Positions 27,511 to 37,277 of a stretch of 64,000 bases of DNA are shown in pieces. Under the pieces are notes generated by a model. The model did no database searches, was not told where the DNA came from, and worked only from the letters and a program-made list of their open reading frames with translations. The stretch's first letter is position 1, and every line of letters begins with the position of its first letter. A program made the position numbers and the translations under genes. The stretch spans positions 52,808-116,807 of the forward strand of contig JBEKWR010000004.1 of assembly GCA_049512935.1 (NCBI GenBank). Direction: 5' to 3'. Source of the DNA: Candidatus Bathyarchaeia archaeon. GTDB lineage: Archaea > Thermoproteota > Bathyarchaeia > Bathyarchaeales > Bathycorpusculaceae.

Positions 27511-29862
27511 TTGACAACTAAAAACGTTAACGTAAAAATAGACGAAATGAAGACCAACGTTGGTCTAATTAAAAACCTCGAAGTCTCCATCGGCAAAGTT
27601 GTCAACGACAACTACACTGAAGAGCCAATGGGACCGACCCCTATGCCATCTATAACTGCCCTTCGGGATTGGGACATGAAGCTTCTCAACAAATACAAAC
27701 CCTTCTACATGCCCGACTGTGATCTTTGTTGTCTCTGCACTTTTGGAAAATGCGACTTGACCGCTGGAAAACGCGGCGCATGCGGCTTAGACATAGCCTC
27801 CCAATCATCCCGTATTGTGATGATCGCCTGTGCCATTGGAGCGGCATGCCACACAGCCCACTCACGACATCTTGTTCACCACTTAATTGAGAAATACGGT
27901 CGCCGGTACCCGTTGGACGTAGGCGGCTTAAACGTAAAAGTTGAAGCGCCCGTCACACGCCTCGTTACAGGCATAAAGCCTCAAACGCTCGGCGACCTTG
28001 ACGATGTTTTAACCTATACCGAAGAGCAAATCACTCAAATCCTTGCCGTAGCGCATACAGGTCAAGAAAGCAACAACTTAGATTTTGAATCCAAAGCCAT
28101 GCATGTTGGCATGGTTGACCACGTAGGCATGGAAGTCGGCGACATCGCGCAAATTTCAGTTCTCGGGTATCCGAAAGCTGATCCTGAAGCTCCACTCGTA
28201 AAGCTGGGCATCGGAAGTGTCGACCGAACCAAACCAGTCATTATGTGCATTGGCCACAACGTTGTGCCCTCAGTAGGAATAATCGACTACGCAAAAGACA
28301 CCAAAGTCGACGATCAAATCGAAGTTGTCGGCTTATGCTGCACTGCCCACGACATGACAAGATACTATAACCGCGCCAGAATCGTCGGGCCAATCAGCTG
28401 GGAGCTAAGATTCATCCGTGCAGGATTAGCGGACGTAGTGGTGCTTGACGAGCAATGTATTCGAACAGACATCTATGACGAAGCAACAAAAGTAAACGCG
28501 CCAGTCATCGCTGCTTCAGAAAAGAACTGTGTGGGATTCAAGAACCGCACAAACGACCCAGCAGACGAAATCGTCGCTGACCTCGTAAGCGGTAAAGTCA
28601 AAGGAGTCCTGATTCTTGACCCAGAAAAAGTCGGCGAAGTAGCAGTCCGCGTCGCACAGAAAGTAGCTCCAACACGCAAGAGAAAGAGCGTTCTTCCATC
28701 AATCGAAGAAATCCAACAAATCGCAAAAACCTGCACCCAATGCAAGAGTTGCCAACGCAACTGCCCACAAGACTACGCAATTCCAGCAGCCATGAAGGCA
28801 GCAGCAAAAGGCGACCTAAGCCTTCTGGAAGACCTATACGAACAATGTATCGGCTGCGGAAGATGTGAAGAAGCTTGCCCGCAGAAAATCATGATACACA
28901 GCCTCATCGTCAAAGCAGGCGAAAAAGCAATGTACGCAGAAAACAACCTGTGCCGCGTAGGCAGAGGTGCAGTCTCAGACGTCGAAATCCGCAACGTGGG
29001 CAGCCCAATCGTCCTCGGAGAAATCCCCGGCATCGTTGCAGTTGTAGGCTGCAGTAACTATCCTAAAGGCGGAAAAGACGTATACGACATATGCAGAGAA
29101 TTCGCGCTTAGACGCTACATCGTTGTCCTGTCAGGATGCTCAGCCATGTCCGCAGGCAGTTACCGCAACAGCGACGGACAAACACTCTACGAAGAATTCC
29201 CAGGCGGATTCGAAGCAGGAGGCGTCATGAACGTCGGCTCATGCGTTGCAAACAGCCACATCGCAGGCGCAGCAATCAAAGTAGCAAACATCTTCGCAAA
29301 ACGCCCACTAAAAGGAAACTACGAAGAAATCGCAGATTACATCCACAACCGCCTCGGCGCAGTCGGCTTAGCTTGGGGTGCATACTCACAGAAAGCAGCA
29401 GCCATCGGCGCAGGATTCTGGCGCCTCGGAATACCAGTCCTCGTCGGTCCACACGGTGTAAAATACCGACGTATGCTCCTTGGCAGAAAAGACCATCCAG
29501 AAGACTTTGAAGTCTACGATGCACGTACAGGCGACAAAGTTAGAGTCGGACCCGCACCAGAACACCTCTTCAACTCGGTAGAAACCAAAGAGGAATGTAT
29601 GGTTGCAATCGCCAAACTCTGCATAAGACCAAACGACACCTGGAAAGGACGAAGCATAAAACTAAGTCACTATGTGGACTTAAGCAAACGCTACATGGGA
29701 GTTATGCCCACAGACTTGCACTTGTTCGTTAGAACAATGGCTGATGTCCCAATGACGATGAAAGACGAATTCACCAAGATACTGGAAGCGCACGACTGGA
29801 AAGAAACAGTAATTCCAGACCCAACATTGCTTCCAAGAATGATCAGAAAAATGAAGGAGTGA
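27511..29862 (+). CDS. cdhA: CODH/ACS complex alpha subunit (CO dehydrogenase)
   Basis: CDLCCLCTFGKC, GHN, CCTAHD, 2x[4Fe-4S] insert, GSCV; TTG start with GAGGT SD. Confidence 0.96.
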   Translation: MTTKNVNVKIDEMKTNVGLIKNLEVSIGKVVNDNYTEEPMGPTPMPSITALRDWDMKLLNKYKPFYMPDCDLCCLCTFGKCDLTAGKRGACGLDIASQSSRIVMIACAIGAACHTAHSRHLVHHLIEKYGRRYPLDVGGLNVKVEAPVTRLVTGIKPQTLGDLDDVLTYTEEQITQILAVAHTGQESNNLDFESKAMHVGMVDHVGMEVGDIAQISVLGYPKADPEAPLVKLGIGSVDRTKPVIMCIGHNVVPSVGIIDYAKDTKVDDQIEVVGLCCTAHDMTRYYNRARIVGPISWELRFIRAGLADVVVLDEQCIRTDIYDEATKVNAPVIAASEKNCVGFKNRTNDPADEIVADLVSGKVKGVLILDPEKVGEVAVRVAQKVAPTRKRKSVLPSIEEIQQIAKTCTQCKSCQRNCPQDYAIPAAMKAAAKGDLSLLEDLYEQCIGCGRCEEACPQKIMIHSLIVKAGEKAMYAENNLCRVGRGAVSDVEIRNVGSPIVLGEIPGIVAVVGCSNYPKGGKDVYDICREFALRRYIVVLSGCSAMSAGSYRNSDGQTLYEEFPGGFEAGGVMNVGSCVANSHIAGAAIKVANIFAKRPLKGNYEEIADYIHNRLGAVGLAWGAYSQKAAAIGAGFWRLGIPVLVGPHGVKYRRMLLGRKDHPEDFEVYDARTGDKVRVGPAPEHLFNSVETKEECMVAIAKLCIRPNDTWKGRSIKLSHYVDLSKRYMGVMPTDLHLFVRTMADVPMTMKDEFTKILEAHDWKETVIPDPTLLPRMIRKMKE

Positions 29863-29869
29863 AAATGAA

Positions 29870-30412
29870 ATGTCATGTGAACCCTGGCAATGTGCAGAAA
29901 TAGCCTCAACTAAAAAAGCAAACCCAATAACTAAACCCGAGATAGCAGTAGCGATGATCAAAAAAGCCCAACGCCCCATACTTATTGTGGGCAGCAACGC
30001 CACTGAAAGATACATGGAAGGCAAACAACTAATCGAATATGTAATCGACCTCGCAAAAGCATCAAAAGTACCAGTCGTAGCCACAGCCCACATGGTTGGC
30101 GAATTCATAAAACGCGGATATCAACCAGCGGCATTTATGAATGCGATGGAGATTGGCAACCTGGTGGTTGATCCAACCTGGCAGGGCTTAGACGGCAAAG
30201 GACACCCAGACCTGGTTCTAGTGATCGGGCTGCCTTACTATGTTGAATCATTATTGCTCTGCGGACTCAAACACTTTGCACCTGACCTAAAAACCATGAC
30301 ACTGGACAACTTGTTCCATGTGCATGCAAGCTGGTCTTTCCCAAACGCAACCCCAGAAGAGTGGGCTGCAAACCTCAAAGTCATAACTTCAAAATTTGAA
30401 GGAGGACAATAA
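29870..30412 (+). CDS. cdhB: CODH/ACS epsilon subunit
   Basis: PWQ..A, KKAQRPILIVG, WQGLDGKG..D, LKHFAP; follows cdhA. Confidence 0.93.
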   Translation: MSCEPWQCAEIASTKKANPITKPEIAVAMIKKAQRPILIVGSNATERYMEGKQLIEYVIDLAKASKVPVVATAHMVGEFIKRGYQPAAFMNAMEIGNLVVDPTWQGLDGKGHPDLVLVIGLPYYVESLLLCGLKHFAPDLKTMTLDNLFHVHASWSFPNATPEEWAANLKVITSKFEGGQ

Positions 30413-30416
30413 AAAA

Positions 30417-31832
30417 ATGTCAATGTTTAAAGATATACCCGTTGATGTAGGCGTAATCTACGAAGGAGAACGCATCAGAAGAAACGACATGCAAATAGAA
30501 CTCGGTGGACCAACAGTCAAACAGAAATTTGAACTCGCAAAAGTAAAACCCATGGATCAAATCGACGACGGAAAAATCACCATAATCGGCCCCGACATCA
30601 AAGACATGAAGGAAGGCGGCGCGTACCCGCTAGGCATCCTTGTTGAAGCTGCAGGCTCAAAACTCGACCAAGGCTTAGAAGGAGTCATTGAAAGACGCAT
30701 CCACGGCTACCTAAACTACATTGAAGGATTCATGCACCTGAACCAGCGTTACGACATCTGGATACGCCTCGGCAAAAAATCGTTCCAGAAAGGCTTAAAC
30801 AGCTTTGAACCAATCGGCAAAGTATTGTACCGCCTCTTCAAAAGTGAACTGCCAATCATCGAGAAAGTACAAATCACCTTCATAACTGACACGGCGAAAC
30901 TTGACGAAATGTACCCAGAAGCAATCCAAGCTTACGAGTCTCGCGATGCCAAGGCAAGAGGTCTCAAAGACGAAGACGTCGACACATTCTACGGCTGCGC
31001 ACTCTGCCAATCATTCGCGCCAAGCCACGTCTGCGTCATCACCCCGCAAAGGTACAGCAACTGCGGCGCCATCAGCTGGTTCGACGGCAAAGCCTCAGCA
31101 AGCATCGACCCCAAAGGTCCAGTCTTCGCTATACCCAGAGGACAAATGATAAACGCGGAAAAAGGCGAATTCAGCGGCGTCAACGAAGCAGCAAAGAAAC
31201 GCAGCATGGGCGAAGTCCAGCAAGTCTGGCTTTACACGGCTTTTGACCACCCGCACACTTCCTGCGGATGCTTCGAGGCAGTAACCTTCTACATCCCTGA
31301 AGTCGACGGATTAGCAGTAGTTCACAGAAGCTTCAAAGGACCAACAGTAAACGGCTTACCCTTCAGCACCATCGCGGACTCAGCGGCAGGCGGAAGACAA
31401 ATCGACGGCTTCCACGGAATGTCCATAGAATACATGAGAAGCAAGAAATTCTTCGCAGCAGACGGCGGATGGAACCGAATCGTTTGGGTACCTAAAGAAG
31501 TCAAGGAACGCGTTAAAGACTTCATTCCGCCAGAACTCGTTGACAAGGTAGCAACTGAAGAAGACGCAAAAACCGTTGACGAACTCAAAGCCTTCCTAAA
31601 AGCCAAGAACCACCCAGTAGTCGCAAGATGGGCAGCCGAAGAGGCACCAGCAGCACCCGAAGCGCAAGCAGTACAAGTCACCGAAGAAGCAGCAGGCACA
31701 ATGATGCCAGTTGCAACAGCAGGCACACTACCCATAATGGCAGGCGGGTTCAGAATCATCCTCAAAGACGCGAAAATCTACGCTAACAAAGTAATAATCC
31801 AAATAGTCAAAGACGACAAAGACAAGCGGTGA
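30417..31832 (+). CDS. cdhC: acetyl-CoA synthase beta subunit
   Basis: YEGERIR, CALCQSFAPSHVC, HTSCGCFE A-cluster motifs. Confidence 0.96.
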   Translation: MSMFKDIPVDVGVIYEGERIRRNDMQIELGGPTVKQKFELAKVKPMDQIDDGKITIIGPDIKDMKEGGAYPLGILVEAAGSKLDQGLEGVIERRIHGYLNYIEGFMHLNQRYDIWIRLGKKSFQKGLNSFEPIGKVLYRLFKSELPIIEKVQITFITDTAKLDEMYPEAIQAYESRDAKARGLKDEDVDTFYGCALCQSFAPSHVCVITPQRYSNCGAISWFDGKASASIDPKGPVFAIPRGQMINAEKGEFSGVNEAAKKRSMGEVQQVWLYTAFDHPHTSCGCFEAVTFYIPEVDGLAVVHRSFKGPTVNGLPFSTIADSAAGGRQIDGFHGMSIEYMRSKKFFAADGGWNRIVWVPKEVKERVKDFIPPELVDKVATEEDAKTVDELKAFLKAKNHPVVARWAAEEAPAAPEAQAVQVTEEAAGTMMPVATAGTLPIMAGGFRIILKDAKIYANKVIIQIVKDDKDKR

Positions 31833-33082
31833 CCAAGTTGCCTCAAGACGGCGACAAGAAAAAAGACAGCGAAGAACTAATACTCAGCAAAGAGTTGCTG
31901 GACGCGCTTGCGAAGTTCAAGCAAATCGAGATTGAAGACTTCGAGATCGACGTCAAAGAGCTAGAGCTAATCTTTGAGCCTGGAATGGCTGGGCAAGTGA
32001 TGCCCAAGCTAAAGCTTCCAGCCCCAGTTGCGGCAGGCGGAAAACCCACAGCCATGCTTCAGACGGCTTTCATACCGCCAATCGAAACCTACCCGAACAC
32101 GATAACAGAAGTCAAACTCGGCGCAACCCGAAGCGAAGGCGGAACACGCGGAAAATCATTCACCATAGGCGGCGAAACGTCACCCCCATTCTACAATTTT
32201 GAGCGACCCACCACTCACAAACCAGTAGTCACTTTGGACGTTTTCGACATGGAAGTGCCATTGAGCAAAGCCGTGAAGATGCACGTTAAAGACGTCGTCG
32301 GCGACCCAGCGGCATGGGCAAAACTTGCGGTAGACCAATTCAAAGCAGACATGGTTACAATCCATTTAATCAGCATCGACCCATTGCTCAAGGATGCAAC
32401 ACCGAAAGACGCGGTCAAAACGGTTGAAAAAGTTCTGCAAGCCGTGGATGTTCCCTTAGTCATCGGCGGCTGCGGGGACGCAGTAAAAGACGCTGACGTT
32501 TTCCAGGCGATCTGCGAGGCTTTCCCAGGCGAACGCTTCCTCATCAGTTCAATCACGCGGGACATGGATGTTGAACGCTGCGCAAAGTTCGTTAAGAAAA
32601 ACGGGCATGCTGCGCTCTCGTTCACACCGATGGACCTGAACCTGGCAAGGGAGCTTAACAGGCGGCTCTACGATTTCCTCGGCAGAGAAGACATTGTCAT
32701 GGACTTGACCACCGCGGCGCTTGGCTACGGCTTAGACTACGCATTCACAAACATGGAACGCGCAAGACTCGGCGGATTAATGGGCGACATGGAGCTGGCT
32801 CACCCGATGTCTTCGGGAACAACAAACGCTTGGGCTGCCCGTGAAGCCTGGCTGAAAATGTCTGCTGATTGGGAACCGCGCGAACTCCGAGGTCCACTGT
32901 GGGAAGTAACAACAGCCTTAACTCTTCTGCTTGCTGGCGTCGACCTGTTCATGATGATGCATCCAGCAGCCGTCAAAACACTCAAAGACGTAACCAACTA
33001 CCTGACAAGCGGCAAAAAAGCAGACCCAGCTAAATTCGCAGATTGGGTAACCATGAAAGCTCAAGGGGTTGGAAAGCAATGA
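31829..33082 (+). CDS. cdhD: corrinoid Fe-S protein small (delta) subunit
   Basis: LGATRSEGGTR, ALGYGLDY, NAWAAREAW, MMMHP. Confidence 0.95.
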   Translation: MTKLPQDGDKKKDSEELILSKELLDALAKFKQIEIEDFEIDVKELELIFEPGMAGQVMPKLKLPAPVAAGGKPTAMLQTAFIPPIETYPNTITEVKLGATRSEGGTRGKSFTIGGETSPPFYNFERPTTHKPVVTLDVFDMEVPLSKAVKMHVKDVVGDPAAWAKLAVDQFKADMVTIHLISIDPLLKDATPKDAVKTVEKVLQAVDVPLVIGGCGDAVKDADVFQAICEAFPGERFLISSITRDMDVERCAKFVKKNGHAALSFTPMDLNLARELNRRLYDFLGREDIVMDLTTAALGYGLDYAFTNMERARLGGLMGDMELAHPMSSGTTNAWAAREAWLKMSADWEPRELRGPLWEVTTALTLLLAGVDLFMMMHPAAVKTLKDVTNYLTSGKKADPAKFADWVTMKAQGVGKQ

Positions 33083-34500
33083 GCGAGAAAAAAAGAGCCA
33101 GCTTAAAAGAATTAAGCCCCATTGACATTTACAAGCTTCTTCCGAAAACTAACTGCAAGGAATGCGGTCAAGACAACTGCATGGCGTTCGCGACAAAAAT
33201 CGTTAACCGCGAAGTAGAAATCGACAGCTGCAAACCACTGTTCAAGCCCGAAAACGCGAAAGCCTACGCCAAACTCAAAGACCTGCTTAAGCCCGCCGTT
33301 AAGGAAGTCATCGTCGGCGTCGGCGACAAATCAAAGAAGCTCGGCGGCAAACTTGTCATGTACCGCCACGAGTTCACTTACAAGAACCCGACAGCTATCG
33401 CGATTGACGTGACCGACGAAATGCCAATGCAGGAAGTCGTCTCGCGTGTACAGTACACGGAGAACTTTAGCTTCGAATACATTGGTAACACGCTTAGGCT
33501 GGACATGATCGCGGTCAGATGCACTTCAGGAGACGCAGACAAATTCAAGGCAGTAGTCCAGAAAGTCGCGGAAACAACCAAACTTCCAATGATACTTTGC
33601 ACCCTGAACCCCGTGATCGCTGAAGCAGGCTTAATGGCGGCGCCAAAGGCGAAACCGCTACTGTACGCGGCAACTCAAACCAACTGGAAAGACATGGCTG
33701 AACTTGCCCTAATGTACGAGTGCCCGCTAGTTGCTTCTGCACCAAACGACTTGAACACGCTGGTTTCCCTTGCAAAGACACTTATGGCTTACGGAGTAAC
33801 CGACTTGGTTTTGGACCCAGGCACCTTCCCAAACGAAGGGTTACCTGACACAATCAACAACTTCACGATGCTGCGAAGGGCAGCATGCAAAGGCGGCGAA
33901 GAACTAGCAGGTTTCCCACTTATGGGCGTCCCGATGGTCGCTTGGAACGATAGCGCCTCGGCTGAAGACCTGCTGAAATGGCGTGAAGCATACTTAGCAG
34001 CAATGCTCATAGTTCGATACTCAGATGTGCTCGTGATGCACAGCGTAAGCGGCTGGTCACTTTTGCCAGATACAGTGCTGCGCCAGAACATCTACACTGA
34101 CCCACGCAAACCCGTCGCGGTCGCCCCAGGACTCAAAGTGTTCGGGACACCAGACGAGAACTCGCCAGTAATGTTCACCACAAACTTTGCCCTAACCTAC
34201 TACACCGTCGCCTCAGACCTCGAAAGCAGCAAAATCAACGCCTACCTAATCGTCGTTGAAACAGAGGGCTCAGCCATCGACAGCGGAGTCGCAGGACGAA
34301 AACTAACCGCGGAACGAGTAGCCGACGCAATCAAAGCCTCAGGCATCGAAAGCAAAGTCAAACACCGAAAACTCATAATCCCAGGCAAAGCATCACGAAT
34401 CAGCGGCGAAATCGAAGAACTCAGCGGCTGGAAAGTACTGGTCGGACCAAGAGACAGCAGCGAAATACCCAAATATCTCATAGAGAAATGGCAACCATAA
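33079..34500 (+). CDS. cdhE: corrinoid Fe-S protein large (gamma) subunit
   Basis: LPKTNCKECG..CMAFA, YTDPRKP, TNFALTY, VGPRDS; ATGA overlap with cdhD. Confidence 0.95.
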   Translation: MSEKKRASLKELSPIDIYKLLPKTNCKECGQDNCMAFATKIVNREVEIDSCKPLFKPENAKAYAKLKDLLKPAVKEVIVGVGDKSKKLGGKLVMYRHEFTYKNPTAIAIDVTDEMPMQEVVSRVQYTENFSFEYIGNTLRLDMIAVRCTSGDADKFKAVVQKVAETTKLPMILCTLNPVIAEAGLMAAPKAKPLLYAATQTNWKDMAELALMYECPLVASAPNDLNTLVSLAKTLMAYGVTDLVLDPGTFPNEGLPDTINNFTMLRRAACKGGEELAGFPLMGVPMVAWNDSASAEDLLKWREAYLAAMLIVRYSDVLVMHSVSGWSLLPDTVLRQNIYTDPRKPVAVAPGLKVFGTPDENSPVMFTTNFALTYYTVASDLESSKINAYLIVVETEGSAIDSGVAGRKLTAERVADAIKASGIESKVKHRKLIIPGKASRISGEIEELSGWKVLVGPRDSSEIPKYLIEKWQP

Positions 34501-34512
34501 GCCATCCACTCT
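34487..34512 (+). repeat. direct repeat covering the cdhE stop codon (partner 35261-35286)
   Basis: AATGGCAACCATAAGCCATCCACTCT vs AATGGCAGCCATAAGCAATCCGCTCT, 23/26. Confidence 0.75.
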
Positions 34513-34639
34513 TCTCACTTTATTTGTTACAACTTTATTTTGCGGACTCTTTCTTAATCAAGATATCAAAATGCTTTTCATAAGAGATTTAAGTGCATGT
34601 TGAGTGTAACTCCAATAGCACAGGTATCTGGTGGTTTGA

Positions 34640-34867
34640 ATGGAAGAGTTGCTTGATAGGATAACTGTCGATCCTGATGTTCTCGTTGGAAAGCCCGTTA
34701 TTAGAGGAACCCGCATTCCTGTTTACCTCATCGTAGAGTTTGTAGCTAACGGGATGACAAATAAAGAAATACTAAAAGAATACCCGCGGCTAAGAGAAGA
34801 GGACATCAAGGCAGCGCTAATTTATGCTTCTAAACTTGTAGAAAGCGAAGTCACTGTCACTATCTAA
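34640..34867 (+). CDS. DUF433 family antitoxin
   Basis: RITVDPDVLVGKPVIRGTRIPV...EYPRL..EDIKAAL.YA signature. Confidence 0.92.
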   Translation: MEELLDRITVDPDVLVGKPVIRGTRIPVYLIVEFVANGMTNKEILKEYPRLREEDIKAALIYASKLVESEVTVTI

Positions 34868-34884
34868 AAAGAAGAACTGAGTAA

Positions 34885-35244
34885 TTGACGCAAACAATTA
34901 TAGTTGACGAAAATATCCCCCAAAGCGTCGCTAAATATCTTAACACGAAGGGCATAAAGACTTTTAGCATTTCCGACGATTTCCTGAAAAGCGCAAAAGA
35001 CTCAGTCATAGCTTCGTACGCATCAGAAAAAGGAATGCAGATATTGACGCTAGATTCTGACTTTGCTCAGTTGTATCACAACGTCTTCAGGGGCAGGATT
35101 ACCGTTTTACTTGTGAAAGCAAATCCAACAACCGCCGAAAACATAATCGATATTCTTGATGCAGCGCTAAATAAAATAAGAAAAACTGAAACCCCAAACA
35201 AGCTTGTCATAATCACAAAAAAGAGAATTAGAATAGTTTCTTAA
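34885..35244 (+). CDS. DUF5615 / PIN-like toxin
   Basis: IIVDENIP, D..I, ILTLDSDF PIN acidic motifs; follows DUF433. Confidence 0.88.
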   Translation: MTQTIIVDENIPQSVAKYLNTKGIKTFSISDDFLKSAKDSVIASYASEKGMQILTLDSDFAQLYHNVFRGRITVLLVKANPTTAENIIDILDAALNKIRKTETPNKLVIITKKRIRIVS

Positions 35245-35260
35245 CATCTGTCTCTCAGAG

Positions 35261-35286
35261 AATGGCAGCCATAAGCAATCCGCTCT
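35261..35286 (+). repeat. degenerate duplicate of the cdhE 3' end
   Basis: 23/26 identical to 34487-34512. Confidence 0.75.
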
Positions 35287-35735
35287 CTTATTTTTGGTTT
35301 TTCACTTAATGTTTTTAGAGAAAAAATCTGTTGCTTACAGGGTGTAAGTACATGCGGGACGTAAGTTCTCAAGATAAAGCCTCAGGCATGAACAGTAAAA
35401 TTCGCATTTCAAGCATGGTAGACCACGGGGTAGATGTTGCGTACGTCTGGGATTCTTCAGGGGTGCTGTTTGTCTGTCTATTTGGCTCTTCTAGATGCTT
35501 CTATTTGGATCATCTAGAAAACCGTAGGGGTAGCTGGGACAAGAAAAGAAAAATGACCCTATAGGGGTCCCTACTATTTGTGGCATAATTCAACCACAAA
35601 AAGCGCTTCTCAAATTCATCTTTGCTTTAAACCTTAAAGTGTTAAAAAAGCCATTGTTTTGACTTAAATATGTACTAAAAGCTGATAAACCCCTTCATGC
35701 ACTACTCCCCCATTCAAGGGTAGAAGGGACGAAAG

Positions 35736-37217
35736 ATAGGCTGCGGTATCTTCGGAGCAAAAAACTTTGAAAACCAAACGGTCTTTCCATACGTTTATTG
35801 GGGTCTCCGCGCCCAAAACCATCGAGGACACCAATCACACGGCTTCCTCACGTACGACAACAAGCAGTTTCATGTTTACAAAAGCTTGGATCTGGTTCCC
35901 CGCCTGAAAAACGAGGCTATCCACGAATGGTTCGACCGCCTGCCCGGTTCCGTAGGCATCGGCAACGTGCGTTACACCACGTCGGGCAAATGCGATGACG
36001 CCTCAATCATCGAGGGCACGCAGCCAGTAGCCGCTTCCGCAGGCGGGATAAAGATTGCGTTGTCGTTTAACGGCAACATCGTTAACACTCTGCCCCTGAA
36101 AAAGGAAATGAGCGAAAACTTCTCAGACTTCTACTTCAACTGCGACTCAGACGTGGTCTGCCACAAGCTGCTCCTCGGGCTGAAACAGGGCAAAGACCTG
36201 GCGTCTGCGGTGCGCTCTGTCATGGAAAGCCTCGACGGCGCGTTCTCCGTGACGGGCTTAACGGGCGACGGCGACTTTTTCGCCTTCAAAGACCCGCGTG
36301 GAATAAAACCCCTCTGCGCAGGGCACGACCCCCAAGGGGCAACCTACGCTTTTTGCTCTGAAACCGTCGGGTTAGACATGAACAGTTTCGTCAGGGACTT
36401 TGAATTGAATCCTGGCGAGCTGGTCACGGCTTCAAAAGACGGCTTCAAACGCACACAAATCATCCAAAATCCCCATCCAGCCTTCTGCGCTTTCGAGTAC
36501 GCCTACTTCGCGAGGCCCGACTCAAGGTTTGACGGCAAGTACGTTTATGAAATCCGCGAGGACTTCGGAAGAAACATCGTTAAAGAGTATCCAGACGTGG
36601 TGAAGGACGCTGACATCATCATGTCGGTGCCTGAGACAGGCGATGACCCAGCCATGGGCGTCCATGAGGCGTCAGGTTTACGGTGGGAACGCGCTTCAAG
36701 AAGGCACCGCTACGTAACCGAACGCGCCTTCATCCTTCTTAACACCGAGCGTTTCTCGACCATTGACAAGAAAATCAACATCTTAGGCTCCAAAGTAGAC
36801 GGCAAACGCGTCATAATAACTGAGGACAGCATAGTCCGAGGCGACACCACAAAAGTAATCATAGACAAGCTCCGCAGGGCAGGAGCCAAAAAAGTCTACG
36901 TCTTCGTCACGTTCCCAAGAATCATCGGTCCATGCTTCTACGGCATCGACATGTCAACTTACGGGCAACTCGTCGGCTCAAAACACGACGCAGACGGAAT
37001 CGCCAAAATCATCGGCGCAGACGGGGTATGCTACCAGTCAATTGGAGAGCTGGTGAAAGCGACAGGTCAAACCGAAAATGAACTCTGCATGGCCTGCATC
37101 ACAGGCAAGTACCCGACGCCCTGCGCTCAAAAGATGGCTGACGCCATGAAAAAGAGGTTCCTTGAAGGCTACGAGGAAAAATCAAGAATCTACGAGACTG
37201 AGGACGTTCAGCCGTAA
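35736..37217 (+). CDS. purF: amidophosphoribosyltransferase; apparent ATA start
   Basis: In-frame extension of the tracked ORF gives (M)GCGIFG..QNHRG; RYTT, NGN, CAFEYAYFARPDS, EDSIVRG, CFYGID, CMAC. Confidence 0.92.
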   Translation: MGCGIFGAKNFENQTVFPYVYWGLRAQNHRGHQSHGFLTYDNKQFHVYKSLDLVPRLKNEAIHEWFDRLPGSVGIGNVRYTTSGKCDDASIIEGTQPVAASAGGIKIALSFNGNIVNTLPLKKEMSENFSDFYFNCDSDVVCHKLLLGLKQGKDLASAVRSVMESLDGAFSVTGLTGDGDFFAFKDPRGIKPLCAGHDPQGATYAFCSETVGLDMNSFVRDFELNPGELVTASKDGFKRTQIIQNPHPAFCAFEYAYFARPDSRFDGKYVYEIREDFGRNIVKEYPDVVKDADIIMSVPETGDDPAMGVHEASGLRWERASRRHRYVTERAFILLNTERFSTIDKKINILGSKVDGKRVIITEDSIVRGDTTKVIIDKLRRAGAKKVYVFVTFPRIIGPCFYGIDMSTYGQLVGSKHDADGIAKIIGADGVCYQSIGELVKATGQTENELCMACITGKYPTPCAQKMADAMKKRFLEGYEEKSRIYETEDVQP

Positions 37218-37277
37218 GAACGGCAGCAAAAACATTAAGCCTGCCCTTAACCTCTCGCAGTAACCTGGTGATGTCTT

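Noticed and set aside
25798-34500. Two cooC genes plus cdhABCDE as a novelty
   Set aside because: Standard archaeal CODH/ACS organisation.
27436-34505. Numerous antisense and alternate-frame ORFs over the cdh genes (and similar ones elsewhere)
   Set aside because: Shadow ORFs of strongly biased coding sequence, with no motifs.
35331-35720. ORF 35331-35564 and GGGGTAG/hairpin motifs as a purF leader RNA
   Set aside because: No recognisable protein or RNA family, and the pairings are short and imperfect.
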